NCBI GenBank assembly: GCA_036336835.1
Contig: JAYZFK010000008.1
Span: 1 to 45,952 of the forward strand
Source of the DNA: Myxococcota bacterium
GTDB lineage: Bacteria; Myxococcota_A; UBA9160; UBA4427
DNA: 45,952 nucleotides
Direction: 5' to 3'
The notes beneath the pieces were generated by a model. It did no database searches, was not told where the DNA came from, and saw only the letters and a program-made list of their open reading frames with translations. This document shows positions 45,196-45,952 of this stretch, in pieces (within the stretch, counting starts at the first letter, position 1; every line of letters begins with the position of its first letter). Made by a program: the position numbers and the translations under genes.

Positions 45196-45952
45196 TCAGT
45201 CGGGCAGACCGAGCACGCGCTTTGCGATGATGTTCAGCTGCACCTCGGAGGTGCCGCCCTCGATCGAGTTCGCCTTCGAGCGCAGCCAGTCGCGCGTGGT
45301 CTGGAGGTGCTCGGCCTCGAAGCCGTCGCCCTCCCAGCCGAGCCCCTGCATGCCGAGGATCTCGACCCGCAGCTCCTGGCGCCGCTTGTTGTTCTCGGTC
45401 GCCAGATACTTGAAGATCGACGACGCCGCACCCACCTCGCCGCCACCGCGCGCCTCGTCTGCCGCCCGCCGCATCGTCGAGCGCATTGCGTGGTCTTCGA
45501 TGTCGAACGCTGCGATCTCGTCGCGCAGCCCGGCGTCTGCGAGGCGGCCGTTCCGCTGTCCGAACTGCTGCTTCGCGAGCTCGGCCAGCGTTGCGCGCCG
45601 CGGACCGCGCGACCTCGCCGTGTCCATGCCACCGATCGACATGCGCTCGAACTGGAGCAGGCGCTTGGCGATCGTCCAGCCGCCGTTCAGCGGGCCGACC
45701 AGGTCCTTCTTCTCGGGTCGCGCGTCCGCGAAGAAGGTCTGGCGGAAGGGCGCCGATCCGCTGATCAGCTTGATCGGGGTGGTCGTGACGCCGGGCTGAT
45801 CCATGTCGATCAACACGAAGCTGATGCCGTCGTGCTTGGCCGCGGCCGGGTCGGTGCGCACCAGGCAGAAGATCCAGTCGGACTTGTCAGCATAGGTCGT
45901 CCAGATCTTCTGGCCGTTGATGCGGAAGTGGTCACCCTCGTTTTCGCAGCGC
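45196..45952 (-). CDS. Acyl-CoA dehydrogenase (partial, N-terminus beyond the window)
   Basis: INGQKIWTTYA..SDWIFCLVRTD, GW..A..LL.FER and SIEGGTSEVQLNIIAKRVLGLP. Confidence 0.92.
   Translation of the reverse strand, partial: RCENEGDHFRINGQKIWTTYADKSDWIFCLVRTDPAAAKHDGISFVLIDMDQPGVTTTPIKLISGSAPFRQTFFADARPEKKDLVGPLNGGWTIAKRLLQFERMSIGGMDTARSRGPRRATLAELAKQQFGQRNGRLADAGLRDEIAAFDIEDHAMRSTMRRAADEARGGGEVGAASSIFKYLATENNKRRQELRVEILGMQGLGWEGDGFEAEHLQTTRDWLRSKANSIEGGTSEVQLNIIAKRVLGLPD

Overview
High-GC (roughly 70%) bacterial chromosomal region, densely coding and mostly catabolic. The gene content resembles Myxococcota/deltaproteobacterial environmental genomes, but that placement is inference only. 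In order it holds: a partial alpha/beta hydrolase; a ferritin-like protein; panBCD with a structured leader; smpB; a matrixin lipoprotein; a degenerate V4R-containing histidine kinase; a 5'-truncated class II aldolase; a lipoprotein carboxylesterase coupled to a peroxiredoxin whose catalytic residue is an in-frame UGA with a SECIS-like hairpin (a probable selenoprotein that the ORF track splits); a P450; a thiolase; a transglutaminase-like protein; a PhyH dioxygenase; membrane/GT-C proteins; CoA-transferases; a fused indolepyruvate:ferredoxin oxidoreductase operon divergent from a TTQ amine dehydrogenase cluster (mauE-D-B-A-cytochrome c, aromatic-amine-dehydrogenase type, no mauG); an hsaA/hsaC-like ring-cleavage operon with an LLM oxidoreductase; BVMO, GMC and ADH genes; an orphan two-gene operon (a secreted protein plus an acidic-repeat, dockerin-like lipoprotein) behind a striking 18%-GC promoter island; and an acyl-CoA dehydrogenase pair. 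I found no tRNA, rRNA, CRISPR array or transposase. All calls come from motif reading, without database searches.
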